Virus record (IMG/VR): IMGVR_UViG_3300020196_000003
Strand: one strand, 5' to 3'
Length of the DNA stretch: 64,000 nucleotides
Source: a virus
A model generated the notes under the pieces. That model saw only the letters and a program-made list of their open reading frames with translations. It was not told the origin of the DNA and did not search any database. Position numbers and translations under genes: made by a program. Shown one piece after another: positions 31,201 to 40,817 of this stretch. Position 1 is the first letter of the stretch; each line of letters starts with the position of its first letter.

Positions 31201-34200
31201 CATATATTGTAGAGTCCAAGGTATTAAACATAATCAACTTTTTGTTATCTAAAAGTGGTTGTATTGATCCCGAAGATATTCCTTGTATGTATTGATTTTG
31301 GACAACAAATGGTGAAGTTACTGAATCAGCTTGATTAGATGAAATCAAGTAAATACCCTTACCACCTGTGGTTCCTGAAATTTGACTTATAATTGTTATA
31401 TCCCCATTGAAATTGGGTCCATTTATAATTTGTCCTTGCGTTAAAACATTACTATATATTTGATCAACCTGTAAAGGGGGATTGAGAACTCTGAAGTCTG
31501 ATGTTGTAGTGTTTGCGGTATAAGTGTTTAATTTATAAATACCATTAGAATTTGATGGCCCACTATATTGAGTTTGAATCGTTATCGCAGGATTGATTGT
31601 TGATCCCGATAGGATACTTCCTGTACCCAAAGAATTTAAAGTTAAGCCACTGACACTAACATAACTATTAAGAATGAAACTTGTTACATTCGATGTTAAT
31701 CCTGGTGTAATGTTATAGGTTCCAGTTCCCCCACTTGTATTAGGCCCAAAACTATTAACAATTAAATTAATAATTGTATTCCCAATCGTAATTTTCAACT
31801 GATCTCCAACCGTAATTAAATTTTTAGTTATAGAACTTACACTCAACACATTCCCCGATGACGAACATGTACCAGTCACAGTAAAAACATTGCAATTACC
31901 ACTGATACTTCGAGTTTTTGCAATACCTGAAACTTGTGTTTGACCGCTAAAAAGTTTTAGTCCTTGTAAAAAAACGTTGAAGTCGTCCAGTGTCTGCGGA
32001 TAAAATCCCGTTGTCATGTCGGTAAATGGCTTATTCCCCGTGGTTTGTTGTAACACTAAATTTTTTTGATTACCATCAATATTTAGATTAAAAGTTTTTG
32101 TGGATGATGAAAACCCTGGATCCCAATTTTCTAAATAATTAAAGTCTTTCCAAACATCGTCTATAAAATCTTTTCCTGTATTATCATAAATTTTATATCT
32201 ATGCCAAATAGAACCGTACTTTAAAATCCAAGCATAGGGTAACTTATGAACCGCACCGAATTTTTTTATTGTTGCTAAAATATAACTCAAATCTGTAATT
32301 GCTTGACCATCAAATGTTTTGTATTTTTCTCTTAAAGTTCCTAAAGGTAAACTATTAAGGAATAAGTAAGCCGCAGTTTTGTATGGATAAGGATCATTTT
32401 GTTTATATCTAAAATTAAATACCCCTTGTTGTATAGCATTAATAAAATATGGGGTGTTTAACATAGAAGTTGTTTGGGTTTGAGTTATATTTTCATTATA
32501 GTTTTCATATAAAATATTTCCTTCTGTAATTAATTGATCTTTAAGTTGTCTATCTTTATAAAAACTTTTCAAGTTTGAAATACTAGAATTTACATTTAGA
32601 TCTAAAAAATTAAAGTGGGTAAAAGGTCTTACTTTGTTATCATCGTTATCTTCCGTGAAATTTGTAATTGTTAACTGAACGGTATTGTAATTTAAAACTT
32701 TTTGAGTGTCGAAAACTTCATTTGCGTTATTCAAAGATTTACCATCCGCCAAGTTTTTTTTATCCCATTTCAAATCAGTTATAGGATATGTGTCTCCAAA
32801 TTCAAAAGTATTCGATACAGATGAATTTTCAAAATATTTAGTTAGGTTGGTTATGTTTTTCGGATTACTTACCGAAACATTCGGTTGGGATTTTGTTGAG
32901 ATTATAATGTCCTCGTTAAATAAAACATTAGGATTTTCAACGTCATTTTTGATATAATTAGTTACAAATTGTCCTCTTATAAAAGATTGCCAACTTTCAC
33001 CTTGTCCTTGATTGGAAATGTGTCTTAAAAATGGGACATAGTTGTTGCTATCCAAAAGATATTCTTTTATTGTTTTAGCCAAAAAAGGATTATCTTGCCC
33101 CAAACTTTTTAGAATATTCACGGCTTCATCATCACCTTCTGCTTCGTATATAGATAAATCATAACCTGATTTTCTGTTTAGTCTACTAAAATATGAATTT
33201 AGAATAATCCTTTCATATATTTCATAAAAATATTTAGATTCTTCTTTATTTTGAAATACTTCATTGGAAATTGGAAAATCAATACCATTAAGTGAAATTC
33301 TTGATGGTTGGGAATCAAGTTCATTAAATTCAGCCGCAGATTTGTCAGCGTCATTTTGTCTTTGTGTATAACCTTTTATAAACTGTTCAACAAATTCTAC
33401 TTCAGGCCAAATTTCGGGATTATAAGCTCGATATGAATTTGCGACATTTTGTGCGCCCGGATAAATAATTTGAAATTTTTCTTGATTATCGTCGCCAACA
33501 GTTTCTTGAATTACTTGGGGCCAAGGATAAATTGGTTCATTGTTTTGTGTTGATCCTTTGATGTCAACGCTTGGTGCAGTAGTTTGGTTTCCAAATATTG
33601 CGGCTTTTCTGTAAGGATTTTCTCTTTGTTCCCAAGCCTTTTTGTGAACTTCATCCATAAGTCTTAAAAAAGCCTCACCTTGACAATAAAAAACCGCTAA
33701 AATATTTCTAATTGAAGGTGTGAATCCCAAACTTCCTTTACCTTGAGAATTGAATTTAGAAGCCAAATTTTCAGTAATTTGTTGTTCGATTTGGGTTCTA
33801 AACTTTTGTGCGGATTTTCCAATATTGTCTGTAATTGACATGAAAGATTTTGGGCCTTCGAAAAAATAAAAAACTCCATCAACCAATTTAAATAAATCTT
33901 CGAGTGTTCCTTTATAAATTTGGTATGCAATATCAGTGGACGTGACGCTTGATATTGGTGTGTTAGCCGGTGAAAGCTGTCCTTTTGGTGAGTTTGGTAC
34001 ATTTCTGAAACTTTTTTCTATGTCTACATTGGTGATAAGTTCTTTTTTTGTAAAAGTTTTAATGTCAATCGGTACAGAAATTTTACTTTGAACTACTTTT
34101 GTTCCAACTGTATACGAACCTTTTTCTCCAAAAACACTGTTTTCATTGAGTCTTTTGTTGTTCTCTAAAATAATTCCATTAAGTTCAGTTATTGCAGTCT

Positions 34201-35374
34201 CCCTTTTTTGAGCATCATATTCTGTTTTAAAAAAATATAAATTTTGTCCGCTGTTTAAGACTATCGGAACTTTAGTGTCCATGTAAGTATTGAACCAAGA
34301 TGATCCATATAAAAAAACTTTTTGTTGGTATAGTGTAAGTGCATTTGTATAATTTGTCATTTCGGTAAGAACACCTAAATTTTCTTTAGCAAAATCATTC
34401 AAAACATTGTCAATGAATTTTTGTAATCTAAAATTCAATTGATTGAGAGTTAACTCGGGAAAATTATCCGGTATTAATCCTTTTGATTTATAATCCGAAT
34501 AAATTTCTTTCATTTTTTGATATCCCCTACTTACAATTTTCGGTTTCTGAATTGATTCTTCTTTTGTTTGTGATCCTTGAGTTTTACTAGCAGAGGCCAA
34601 ATTTACTACATTATTATACATATGTGGAACTGCCATAAGAGATCCAAAATTTACATATGAAAGTAAAGTATATTTATATCCATAAAATTTTAGAGTTATA
34701 TCAAAATTATGTGTTGTTGAATTAAATTTAGAAGAAAAACTTTGCAACATTATAGGAAACTTTACGGCTTTTCCATAGTAACCTTTCATTGTTAGTGTAA
34801 ATTGTGGATAAGGTAGTTGAAAAAACGCCGAATAAGGGGAGTTGTTTCCTCCTTCGAAAAGAGCTCTTCCTTTTACATCTTCTAACTCAATGTCTATAAC
34901 TGGTAAAAAGTCTGTACCAAGTGAAAATCTAATATTTGTAATACCCAAAAAACCGTTGTCTACTGCGCCTGGTCGTCCGTTTGACCAAAGATTTTGAGTT
35001 ATGTAATAATCATCACTTTTATTTGGATTTTTAACGGAGGTTAATTTAGGTTGATTAACTCCTTGACCTTGTAATGTATTTTTTCCTGTCAATTCATCAG
35101 ACCATGCGGTATCTAAAAATTTTTTATGACCAGGATTTAAAAAGTTAATTTTACCAACAGAAATTGTTCTCTGTTGGTCATTCATTGCAGAGCCAACCGC
35201 TAATTTTGTTCTTGGCAAAACGTTGCACTCCAAGTTGGCGTAAAAAATTAAATCTTCTTGTTTTACAAGTCGGTCTTTTACGTTACCCTCTTGATCAATA
35301 AGTTTGTTGGGATCAATTAAAGCTATGTTATCGTAGTCAAATTCAACAAGTATATTTTCCCCGTTATCTGCCAT
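28271..35374 (-). CDS. Giant baseplate hub protein (gp27/GPD-like termini)
   Basis: 2367 aa. N-terminal GITNIRF...IDIELEDVKG and late YECSVDMMG...FSGPYMITKITHDI...TNFQG hub-type motifs; follows the LysM/gp53-like gene. Confidence 0.6.
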   Translation of the reverse strand: MADNGENILVEFDYDNIALIDPNKLIDQEGNVKDRLVKQEDLIFYANLECNVLPRTKLAVGSAMNDQQRTISVGKINFLNPGHKKFLDTAWSDELTGKNTLQGQGVNQPKLTSVKNPNKSDDYYITQNLWSNGRPGAVDNGFLGITNIRFSLGTDFLPVIDIELEDVKGRALFEGGNNSPYSAFFQLPYPQFTLTMKGYYGKAVKFPIMLQSFSSKFNSTTHNFDITLKFYGYKYTLLSYVNFGSLMAVPHMYNNVVNLASASKTQGSQTKEESIQKPKIVSRGYQKMKEIYSDYKSKGLIPDNFPELTLNQLNFRLQKFIDNVLNDFAKENLGVLTEMTNYTNALTLYQQKVFLYGSSWFNTYMDTKVPIVLNSGQNLYFFKTEYDAQKRETAITELNGIILENNKRLNENSVFGEKGSYTVGTKVVQSKISVPIDIKTFTKKELITNVDIEKSFRNVPNSPKGQLSPANTPISSVTSTDIAYQIYKGTLEDLFKLVDGVFYFFEGPKSFMSITDNIGKSAQKFRTQIEQQITENLASKFNSQGKGSLGFTPSIRNILAVFYCQGEAFLRLMDEVHKKAWEQRENPYRKAAIFGNQTTAPSVDIKGSTQNNEPIYPWPQVIQETVGDDNQEKFQIIYPGAQNVANSYRAYNPEIWPEVEFVEQFIKGYTQRQNDADKSAAEFNELDSQPSRISLNGIDFPISNEVFQNKEESKYFYEIYERIILNSYFSRLNRKSGYDLSIYEAEGDDEAVNILKSLGQDNPFLAKTIKEYLLDSNNYVPFLRHISNQGQGESWQSFIRGQFVTNYIKNDVENPNVLFNEDIIISTKSQPNVSVSNPKNITNLTKYFENSSVSNTFEFGDTYPITDLKWDKKNLADGKSLNNANEVFDTQKVLNYNTVQLTITNFTEDNDDNKVRPFTHFNFLDLNVNSSISNLKSFYKDRQLKDQLITEGNILYENYNENITQTQTTSMLNTPYFINAIQQGVFNFRYKQNDPYPYKTAAYLFLNSLPLGTLREKYKTFDGQAITDLSYILATIKKFGAVHKLPYAWILKYGSIWHRYKIYDNTGKDFIDDVWKDFNYLENWDPGFSSSTKTFNLNIDGNQKNLVLQQTTGNKPFTDMTTGFYPQTLDDFNVFLQGLKLFSGQTQVSGIAKTRSISGNCNVFTVTGTCSSSGNVLSVSSITKNLITVGDQLKITIGNTIINLIVNSFGPNTSGGTGTYNITPGLTSNVTSFILNSYVSVSGLTLNSLGTGSILSGSTINPAITIQTQYSGPSNSNGIYKLNTYTANTTTSDFRVLNPPLQVDQIYSNVLTQGQIINGPNFNGDITIISQISGTTGGKGIYLISSNQADSVTSPFVVQNQYIQGISSGSIQPLLDNKKLIMFNTLDSTIYGSIGFDPSNKLRTMRISPYSVVVRTTDTTGYYVLPSFGTNINQAKDETFRNGNMKKELFDNPSMFNGTVRLFWNAPQYGWFNNSQVKKNNPITYLKQILNEQKDQQNFLITGKQNDYTNFEELFTTFDIKTLDLFESEFLNFSRSIYDYVDTLPPTTNSESLTQLNVMKNQDGSYTQVSNNQPNFKTIVSDQTYKNFQGLMRELLKIQTPTGTSPETKLTEIIASQNTQFQQVLSGFMNYDIVFKFGNPTQFNRRLYLTFSTRFLEDPFIYGPYENGTLPPQVSLSASQQQSPETWKKLLNYVGTSSIPELEYKNNGSYITDFFIDMNVQFNEKNVEDFAPIIKLYASEKLKKNNLNLTSFYNLMDSYIIESDNYIGNVINVMLPQVRKNLPSVLINQEFAENRANLEAGFTEQTRTELWETFKALNDSWIAGFDFQNKTLFEDVMLVDRASRNVGDKIIVDIFLIQDLIKDGSYKNTLLDMITTILVQNNFQYFMLPSYVNFYNVQDTQKNPTPRPDGTLEFGNTLFGTFLNVDYRNSSPKFLCYYANKPSEHLDMKDNIDYRYRDDAFDLRRASDNPLQENQSYKKDWDKSNKVVGFNVDITRPNQQIFKSFAVNQTPGKPTAESLEMLNQMANLGGNRRSTTQSVSLYNLYKNRSYECSVDMMGCALIQPMMYFNIRNVPMFSGPYMITKITHDISEENFTTNFQGTRQPFYSLPKIDNFLQTLNIKILETIQTRIQQNEKKERESSKNVLAQKDNILSNIKSEETLTKNQDCVENINPIYLKYTGLDTPKPTTQTIKQLFEQIKKQLIASGYSATGETTAVIANMAFSFVYVDSGKENGIFSYEHNYNTINLKEIYGPNFINLIKKNYFCVTRGTNSNLPIAAFNSFEDFVKFLVDKTSPILTLLKAEQNNFDFNTREGVSSAIAKMYVLNYPVEQPPNVYTTLTEQEKLSLRDEFLKANNAFLTVQTFTIT

Positions 35375-35687
35375 AATAAAAAAAGTAGTTATCTAGTGCG
35401 TTTTTATAATCTTGTAATGAAGCCACTAATGGATAAGGAACTGTTAATACTGCGCCATCGGGTATTGAGTATTCACTTCCCGAGTATTGTGGATTTGCAA
35501 CCTGTATCAACCATCCAAAGTATGGTGTCCCATAAAATTGTTGAGAAATTTTATCCAATCGAGATTGACCAATTATAAAAATATAATTTTTATCGGATGT
35601 TTTTGACGGAATCAATACAAATGGTACAACATTTTGTTCTCCGTTTATCAAAAAATCAGTATATCTGTTCCAATATTGAAGTGCCAT
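35364..35687 (-). CDS. LysM-like / gp53 / tail X baseplate protein
   Basis: RLDKISQQFYGTPYFGWLIQVANP...IPDGAVLTVP. Confidence 0.8.
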   Translation of the reverse strand: MALQYWNRYTDFLINGEQNVVPFVLIPSKTSDKNYIFIIGQSRLDKISQQFYGTPYFGWLIQVANPQYSGSEYSIPDGAVLTVPYPLVASLQDYKNALDNYFFYYGR

Positions 35688-35688
35688 T

Positions 35689-38600
35689 TTAGTTAAAAGT
35701 TACTTTACCATTGAAGGTTTTTTTATTGTCATTAAGATTTACACTGCTATATAAATCTTTCAATTTTTTGTTCTTATCGTTTAGATTGGTTGTCGATGGT
35801 GATACAAAATTGCATTTTTTTATTTGTGTGTCAGGAAGTTTAAATTTGGACAAAGTATCATACTCTTGTGATTTTTCAATGTTTTCAAAAATGTTGCTCC
35901 ATCCTTTTTGAAATTCCGTATAATTATTTTTTAAACTTAAACATCTTTCTTTCAATTTTTCAATTACCGTTGCATTTCCTTTAATTTCATTACCGCTTGT
36001 TAAATCTTCTATAAATTTCGTATATAAATCTTCTTTTGTAAATAATGGGGACATCGCGATATAAAACCTATTATAGGCACAACTATCTCCGAAAGGGTAT
36101 TGGTTACCAACGCCAGTTTTATTTTGAAATTTGCAGTCTTGTCCATTTTCTATGGTAGATTTTTTTTTATTATAAAATCCATCTTTGGATGTAACATTAT
36201 TACTAACCAATAAAGATTCAAATTTAGAAAGAGCCTCAGGGACTTTATTGGTATACAAGTTTGCCAAAGTTCCTTCTGTTGTTGCCGGTCCAAAAAAAGT
36301 ATCACCACTCAAATCATATGTAACGGGTTCATTATTAGATCCGAGCTCACCATCTAATTTTGAATTTACAACGTCCAATTGTCTAAATATGAAATTTAAA
36401 TTAGTCTGATTTTTTATTAGATTAGAAGTGTTATTTGTAACGATATCAGACATCGGGCCTTTTCTTTCGTTAGCATAATTTTGTAATTTATCTTCAAGTT
36501 CTCTTTTTATTTTGTTTGTCATTTGACTTACTCCTTTCAAAAATTCTAATATTGGGTCATCATTTTTTTCAATGTCTTTTTTAACATCTCCTACTAACTC
36601 ATCTATATAACCCAAATCTACATTACTTTTACCAAAAAGAATTGTTTTAGTTTTATCATTGGTGTATTCAGAAAGTTCTCCTTCAGTATATGACCTATCT
36701 TGAAGTGCAATTTGAACTAAACCATAGTTATAATCATTATTAATTTTAGAAATACATTCATAATATGATTTAAAATAAAGTTGTAGTCCGTCTTGTAAAG
36801 ATAGTAATGTAGAGTCATAGTCCATTTCAGTAGCGCTTGCTACTACTCCTACAGTTGTTCCCCCTTTTTTTGGTTGGATATTATTTGCAATATTATCCGC
36901 CTGTTGTGAACTAAGATTTGGAAGACCCGATGTTAATTGTTGGACCACATATTGGTCCAATTTACTAGTGTCTTCTGTTGGAGTGGCTCTTTCGTCATAG
37001 ATTTCAGTATTAGCATAATAGTTAAATGATAATGCATTTTGAAGTTCTTGTACGGGTTCTCTAAGACCCATACCACCTATAATATTAAACGTCAGGGTTA
37101 TGTTTGCCAACATAGGTTGAACTCCGATACCTTCAGGGTTGATGTCCAAAATAAGAGGATCGTAACTAATAGATAATTGTGTTGGTACAATCTTAGTGTG
37201 ATAAAAGTCACCAACTCTTAAGATTAGTATAGGAGGAGCACCAAAAGTAGTGTTTAGTGCGTCATTATATTTTGGTCGACCATCCGTTCCTATTACAGGA
37301 ATTGTTTGTCCTGGTCTTGTACATTGCTGTAAAAATGTTAATCTAGCATTCAAACCTTCAGGTGTCATTGAATGGAAAGTTGGGCTAAAAAATTTAATTT
37401 TTTCTTTTATTGTATCATATATCATTGGGTCACTTTCTTTTATAACCTGGAAATAGTCACATTCAGTAAAAAGATTTCTTAGTATTTTTTTCGATATTCC
37501 TTCTTTGATTTTTTGTTCAACTGTAAGTTTTGGCTCGGGTTTAATACTTTGGGTTTGGCCTGTTAATATATTCGGGACTGGTGTTGGTTTTGGGGTTGGT
37601 GGTGCTTGACTTGGTTGTGGTTGTTCAGTAATTGGTACTTCTATTGTTACACTTTTAATCGAAACTCTCCTACAAGCCATTGCCGGTATACTATACCACT
37701 GAGCTTTGCTAGAAGATTCAACATCTCCCGATGTTGGGTTATTTGTTGAGACTGTTGTTATATTTTTTGTACAGTCAACTGAGGCGTTCAATACAGGACC
37801 ACCTTGTGATGTTGTAACACTTATATCAACATTATCATCGGGGGATTTAGGTTTTTCTTGTGTTTTTGGTATAACCAATTGTTCGCCCGCAGAATCAAAG
37901 TTCATGGTAAAAAAACCATCGGATTGATATTTTTCTAGTGTATTACCGTCTTTTAATTTTTGAGCTAAAAACCATTTTTTCACCGAATCGTTTCTTCTTT
38001 CAGATAATTTTTTATTATATGATAATTTTTGGGGAGCTGAAGCAGACCCAACTAACTGCATTGTAACTTTACCTTTTTTGTCAACTAATACTTCATTTAA
38101 TTTATTCAAAAAGTCAGTTTGTATAAATTCAAAATTACCTTGTATTACCGAAGAAAAAAAGTTAGGTATTCCATCTTTCGAAAATGGATCAGTTCCAACA
38201 TAAACTGTTTGGGGGGCTTGTTGTAGATAAGTTGGTTGTAGTCCTATATATTGATTATAATAAATATCGTATGGTGAGGCGGCAACAGTTTCTGGATTGC
38301 CTTTTGGAATATCATTTTCAAAATAAAATGCGTATCCAACAAAAGTATCTACATTAGTTTTATCGTACTGAATGTTTGTTTGGGTTTGAGTTCCTGTACT
38401 AGTAGAATTTTGAGTATTGTCTGATCCTGACGAATCCCCTTCGACGGTTGTTTCTTGGTTGATGGGTAAACTTTCATAAACTTGTATTTGTTCTTCACTT
38501 GTCAATCTCGGGTTATTAAGTATTTGTTGATACGTATAAAGATCTTTTGTTGGTATAGTGTTGAATTTAATTCCTAACTCATATAAATCATATTTAGTAC

Positions 38601-40767
38601 AACCAGCAAAAAATGAGTCAACAACACTTTGTATTCTTTCCTTTGACGCACCTTTCATTTGTTTTTCAATAATTGTGTTCATCATGGATGGTGAGTCAAC
38701 AACTATTGTCCAAGAAAGTGAACCTGTTCTTGATGTATTTTTGTAGGTATAAATTGGTTCAGGTCTTCCAATAAAAGATGTTGAATTAAAATCCGGTTTT
38801 GTGTCATCAGAAAACTTTAAGTTATACGGTGGAAACCACATTATTCTACCACCATTAGGTCCTTTTTCACAAACAGGTAAATCATCGTAAGTAAAACCAG
38901 GTCTGTCCGATGTTCTCCAAGCCAAATTTTCTAAAGAAAACATATATTTTTTTACTTTACCATCAACAATATTGGTGGATCCAGGATTTTTTAGTGGTGC
39001 AATATTTAAATTATACGTGTTATCAAATATAGAATAATCAAACTTTCTACCTGATGTTGTTATACCATCAACTTTTTGTAAATCAGCATAAGTATAATAT
39101 GGTGTATCTTTTTGGAATATTCTACAATACTCTAATCCAGCCTGAGTACCATCCGATTGATTAACATATGAAAGTACTTTAGATCCTTTAGTCAATTCTT
39201 TGTAACCGTCATTGAACACTTTTGATACTTGATTTATTGCCGTACCTACATGTTTTAATCTTGCCTGTCCTTGAACTTGATCGGCCGATTCTACTAATTT
39301 TTGAGTTTGGTATAAGATAGACCCTGGTTTGAACGCTATGTCCGTTGATTGATATCTTAAGTAATCTGCAGAAATTTCATTAAATTCACCATCGGAAGAT
39401 CCAACACCACCACCAATTGTTGCATGAAAACCTGCATTTTCTTTATATTTGGGTGATGTCCAAACTAATTGTCCTGAGGTTCCTCCGCCATCACTGTATG
39501 ATTTTCCTTTAAGCCCGAAATTTAATTGATCTTCATTTCCTTCGTATAAGATTGCAAGCTCTTGAGGCCCATAAACAATTGTGGCTTGTTGTTGTCCGAA
39601 TTGGTTTACTGGAACTTGGTTTGGTGGTGAATCGATTAAACTCGGTTCAACGTTCGAGTTTCCTACATAATAGGTTCCTGTTGCAGGTGTATCTTGTCCA
39701 ACTAAAGTTCCCGCTAAAGCCGAAATTCCTTGTATAAAACCTATGTTATACGAGGGTCTATAAATATTATAGTTGAGGGTTGCAAATAATACTGATCTTG
39801 TCCCGTTACCAGTATTTGCAACAAAAATTTCTGAAGGATTTCTTGTTTTATTTAAAATAGGAGCCAATAAACCACCTGTTAGATTATTTACAATATTTAA
39901 TCCAGAGTTGGTTTGTTGTGGATTAGTATAAGGATTTGTTTCTTCGAAATAGTCTCCTGGTATAAATGAAACAGGAAAATATGTACCTGTCAATCTATTA
40001 GCTAAAGAAATTGTTGCCAATACAGGCCCTTCGGGAACTGTTATTCTCCAGTCTCTAATAAATAATGGTTGTTGCCCTGTTGCTAACAGACTAGCTGAAA
40101 ATGGATCTGTGATTGTATCTAAATTAATTGACCCAATCGTTGCTTGTTCTATTTCTTGCGCAATTCTTTCATTGAACGCAAATTTCAATTGTGCGGCTCC
40201 TATTTTTGCTAAGTAACTGTCTGCGGATAAGGGTCCATTTGATCCTATTGGATCATCTTGAAAAACAATATTAAATGGTGAATATGAAGAAAAATTGAAA
40301 TAGTTAGGATACCAATATGGTTGATAAATATTATTTCCAATTTGAACGTCTGTAATAATTATCAAATCTTTGTAACCTCCACTAGGCCCAAATTTATTTG
40401 TAACATAAGCAGATTCAATATAAAATTCGTTTAATAAAACCAATCCTTGTGTTTGTTCTCCGTTCAATGGATAATACGGTCCTTGGTTTGGTTCTGATAT
40501 AGGTGTAACATTAACACCAATAGGTTCCCCAAACCCGCCGTCGGGCCCATATTCATTCAGTGGATATAATTCCGATGCGAATAAATTGCTTGATACATAG
40601 TTATTCGGGGAGTCAATAACATTACTTACTGTTAAATTTGTTTCGAAATTTATTGGGTTTCCTGGTGAAGTATAAGCACCAAGAACATTGTAAGGTTGTA
40701 AATTTCTTACCAACAATTGTTTTCGAAACAATTCAGAATTACCAAAAGACAAAAAACTATCTGCCAT
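35689..40767 (-). CDS. Tail-tube initiator (gp48/gp54-like) with inserted OmpA-like domain
   Basis: FPPYNLKFSD...IGRPEPIYTY...RTGSLSW and APPILILRVGD...PMLANITLTF tube-fold halves; OmpA-like VGSASA...YNKKLSERR...CRRV between them. Confidence 0.65.
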   Translation of the reverse strand: MADSFLSFGNSELFRKQLLVRNLQPYNVLGAYTSPGNPINFETNLTVSNVIDSPNNYVSSNLFASELYPLNEYGPDGGFGEPIGVNVTPISEPNQGPYYPLNGEQTQGLVLLNEFYIESAYVTNKFGPSGGYKDLIIITDVQIGNNIYQPYWYPNYFNFSSYSPFNIVFQDDPIGSNGPLSADSYLAKIGAAQLKFAFNERIAQEIEQATIGSINLDTITDPFSASLLATGQQPLFIRDWRITVPEGPVLATISLANRLTGTYFPVSFIPGDYFEETNPYTNPQQTNSGLNIVNNLTGGLLAPILNKTRNPSEIFVANTGNGTRSVLFATLNYNIYRPSYNIGFIQGISALAGTLVGQDTPATGTYYVGNSNVEPSLIDSPPNQVPVNQFGQQQATIVYGPQELAILYEGNEDQLNFGLKGKSYSDGGGTSGQLVWTSPKYKENAGFHATIGGGVGSSDGEFNEISADYLRYQSTDIAFKPGSILYQTQKLVESADQVQGQARLKHVGTAINQVSKVFNDGYKELTKGSKVLSYVNQSDGTQAGLEYCRIFQKDTPYYTYADLQKVDGITTSGRKFDYSIFDNTYNLNIAPLKNPGSTNIVDGKVKKYMFSLENLAWRTSDRPGFTYDDLPVCEKGPNGGRIMWFPPYNLKFSDDTKPDFNSTSFIGRPEPIYTYKNTSRTGSLSWTIVVDSPSMMNTIIEKQMKGASKERIQSVVDSFFAGCTKYDLYELGIKFNTIPTKDLYTYQQILNNPRLTSEEQIQVYESLPINQETTVEGDSSGSDNTQNSTSTGTQTQTNIQYDKTNVDTFVGYAFYFENDIPKGNPETVAASPYDIYYNQYIGLQPTYLQQAPQTVYVGTDPFSKDGIPNFFSSVIQGNFEFIQTDFLNKLNEVLVDKKGKVTMQLVGSASAPQKLSYNKKLSERRNDSVKKWFLAQKLKDGNTLEKYQSDGFFTMNFDSAGEQLVIPKTQEKPKSPDDNVDISVTTSQGGPVLNASVDCTKNITTVSTNNPTSGDVESSSKAQWYSIPAMACRRVSIKSVTIEVPITEQPQPSQAPPTPKPTPVPNILTGQTQSIKPEPKLTVEQKIKEGISKKILRNLFTECDYFQVIKESDPMIYDTIKEKIKFFSPTFHSMTPEGLNARLTFLQQCTRPGQTIPVIGTDGRPKYNDALNTTFGAPPILILRVGDFYHTKIVPTQLSISYDPLILDINPEGIGVQPMLANITLTFNIIGGMGLREPVQELQNALSFNYYANTEIYDERATPTEDTSKLDQYVVQQLTSGLPNLSSQQADNIANNIQPKKGGTTVGVVASATEMDYDSTLLSLQDGLQLYFKSYYECISKINNDYNYGLVQIALQDRSYTEGELSEYTNDKTKTILFGKSNVDLGYIDELVGDVKKDIEKNDDPILEFLKGVSQMTNKIKRELEDKLQNYANERKGPMSDIVTNNTSNLIKNQTNLNFIFRQLDVVNSKLDGELGSNNEPVTYDLSGDTFFGPATTEGTLANLYTNKVPEALSKFESLLVSNNVTSKDGFYNKKKSTIENGQDCKFQNKTGVGNQYPFGDSCAYNRFYIAMSPLFTKEDLYTKFIEDLTSGNEIKGNATVIEKLKERCLSLKNNYTEFQKGWSNIFENIEKSQEYDTLSKFKLPDTQIKKCNFVSPSTTNLNDKNKKLKDLYSSVNLNDNKKTFNGKVTFN

Positions 40768-40817
40768 TATTTTATTTTATAAATAGATAATAGAGGTTTT
40801 TTTTACAACTAAATCAC

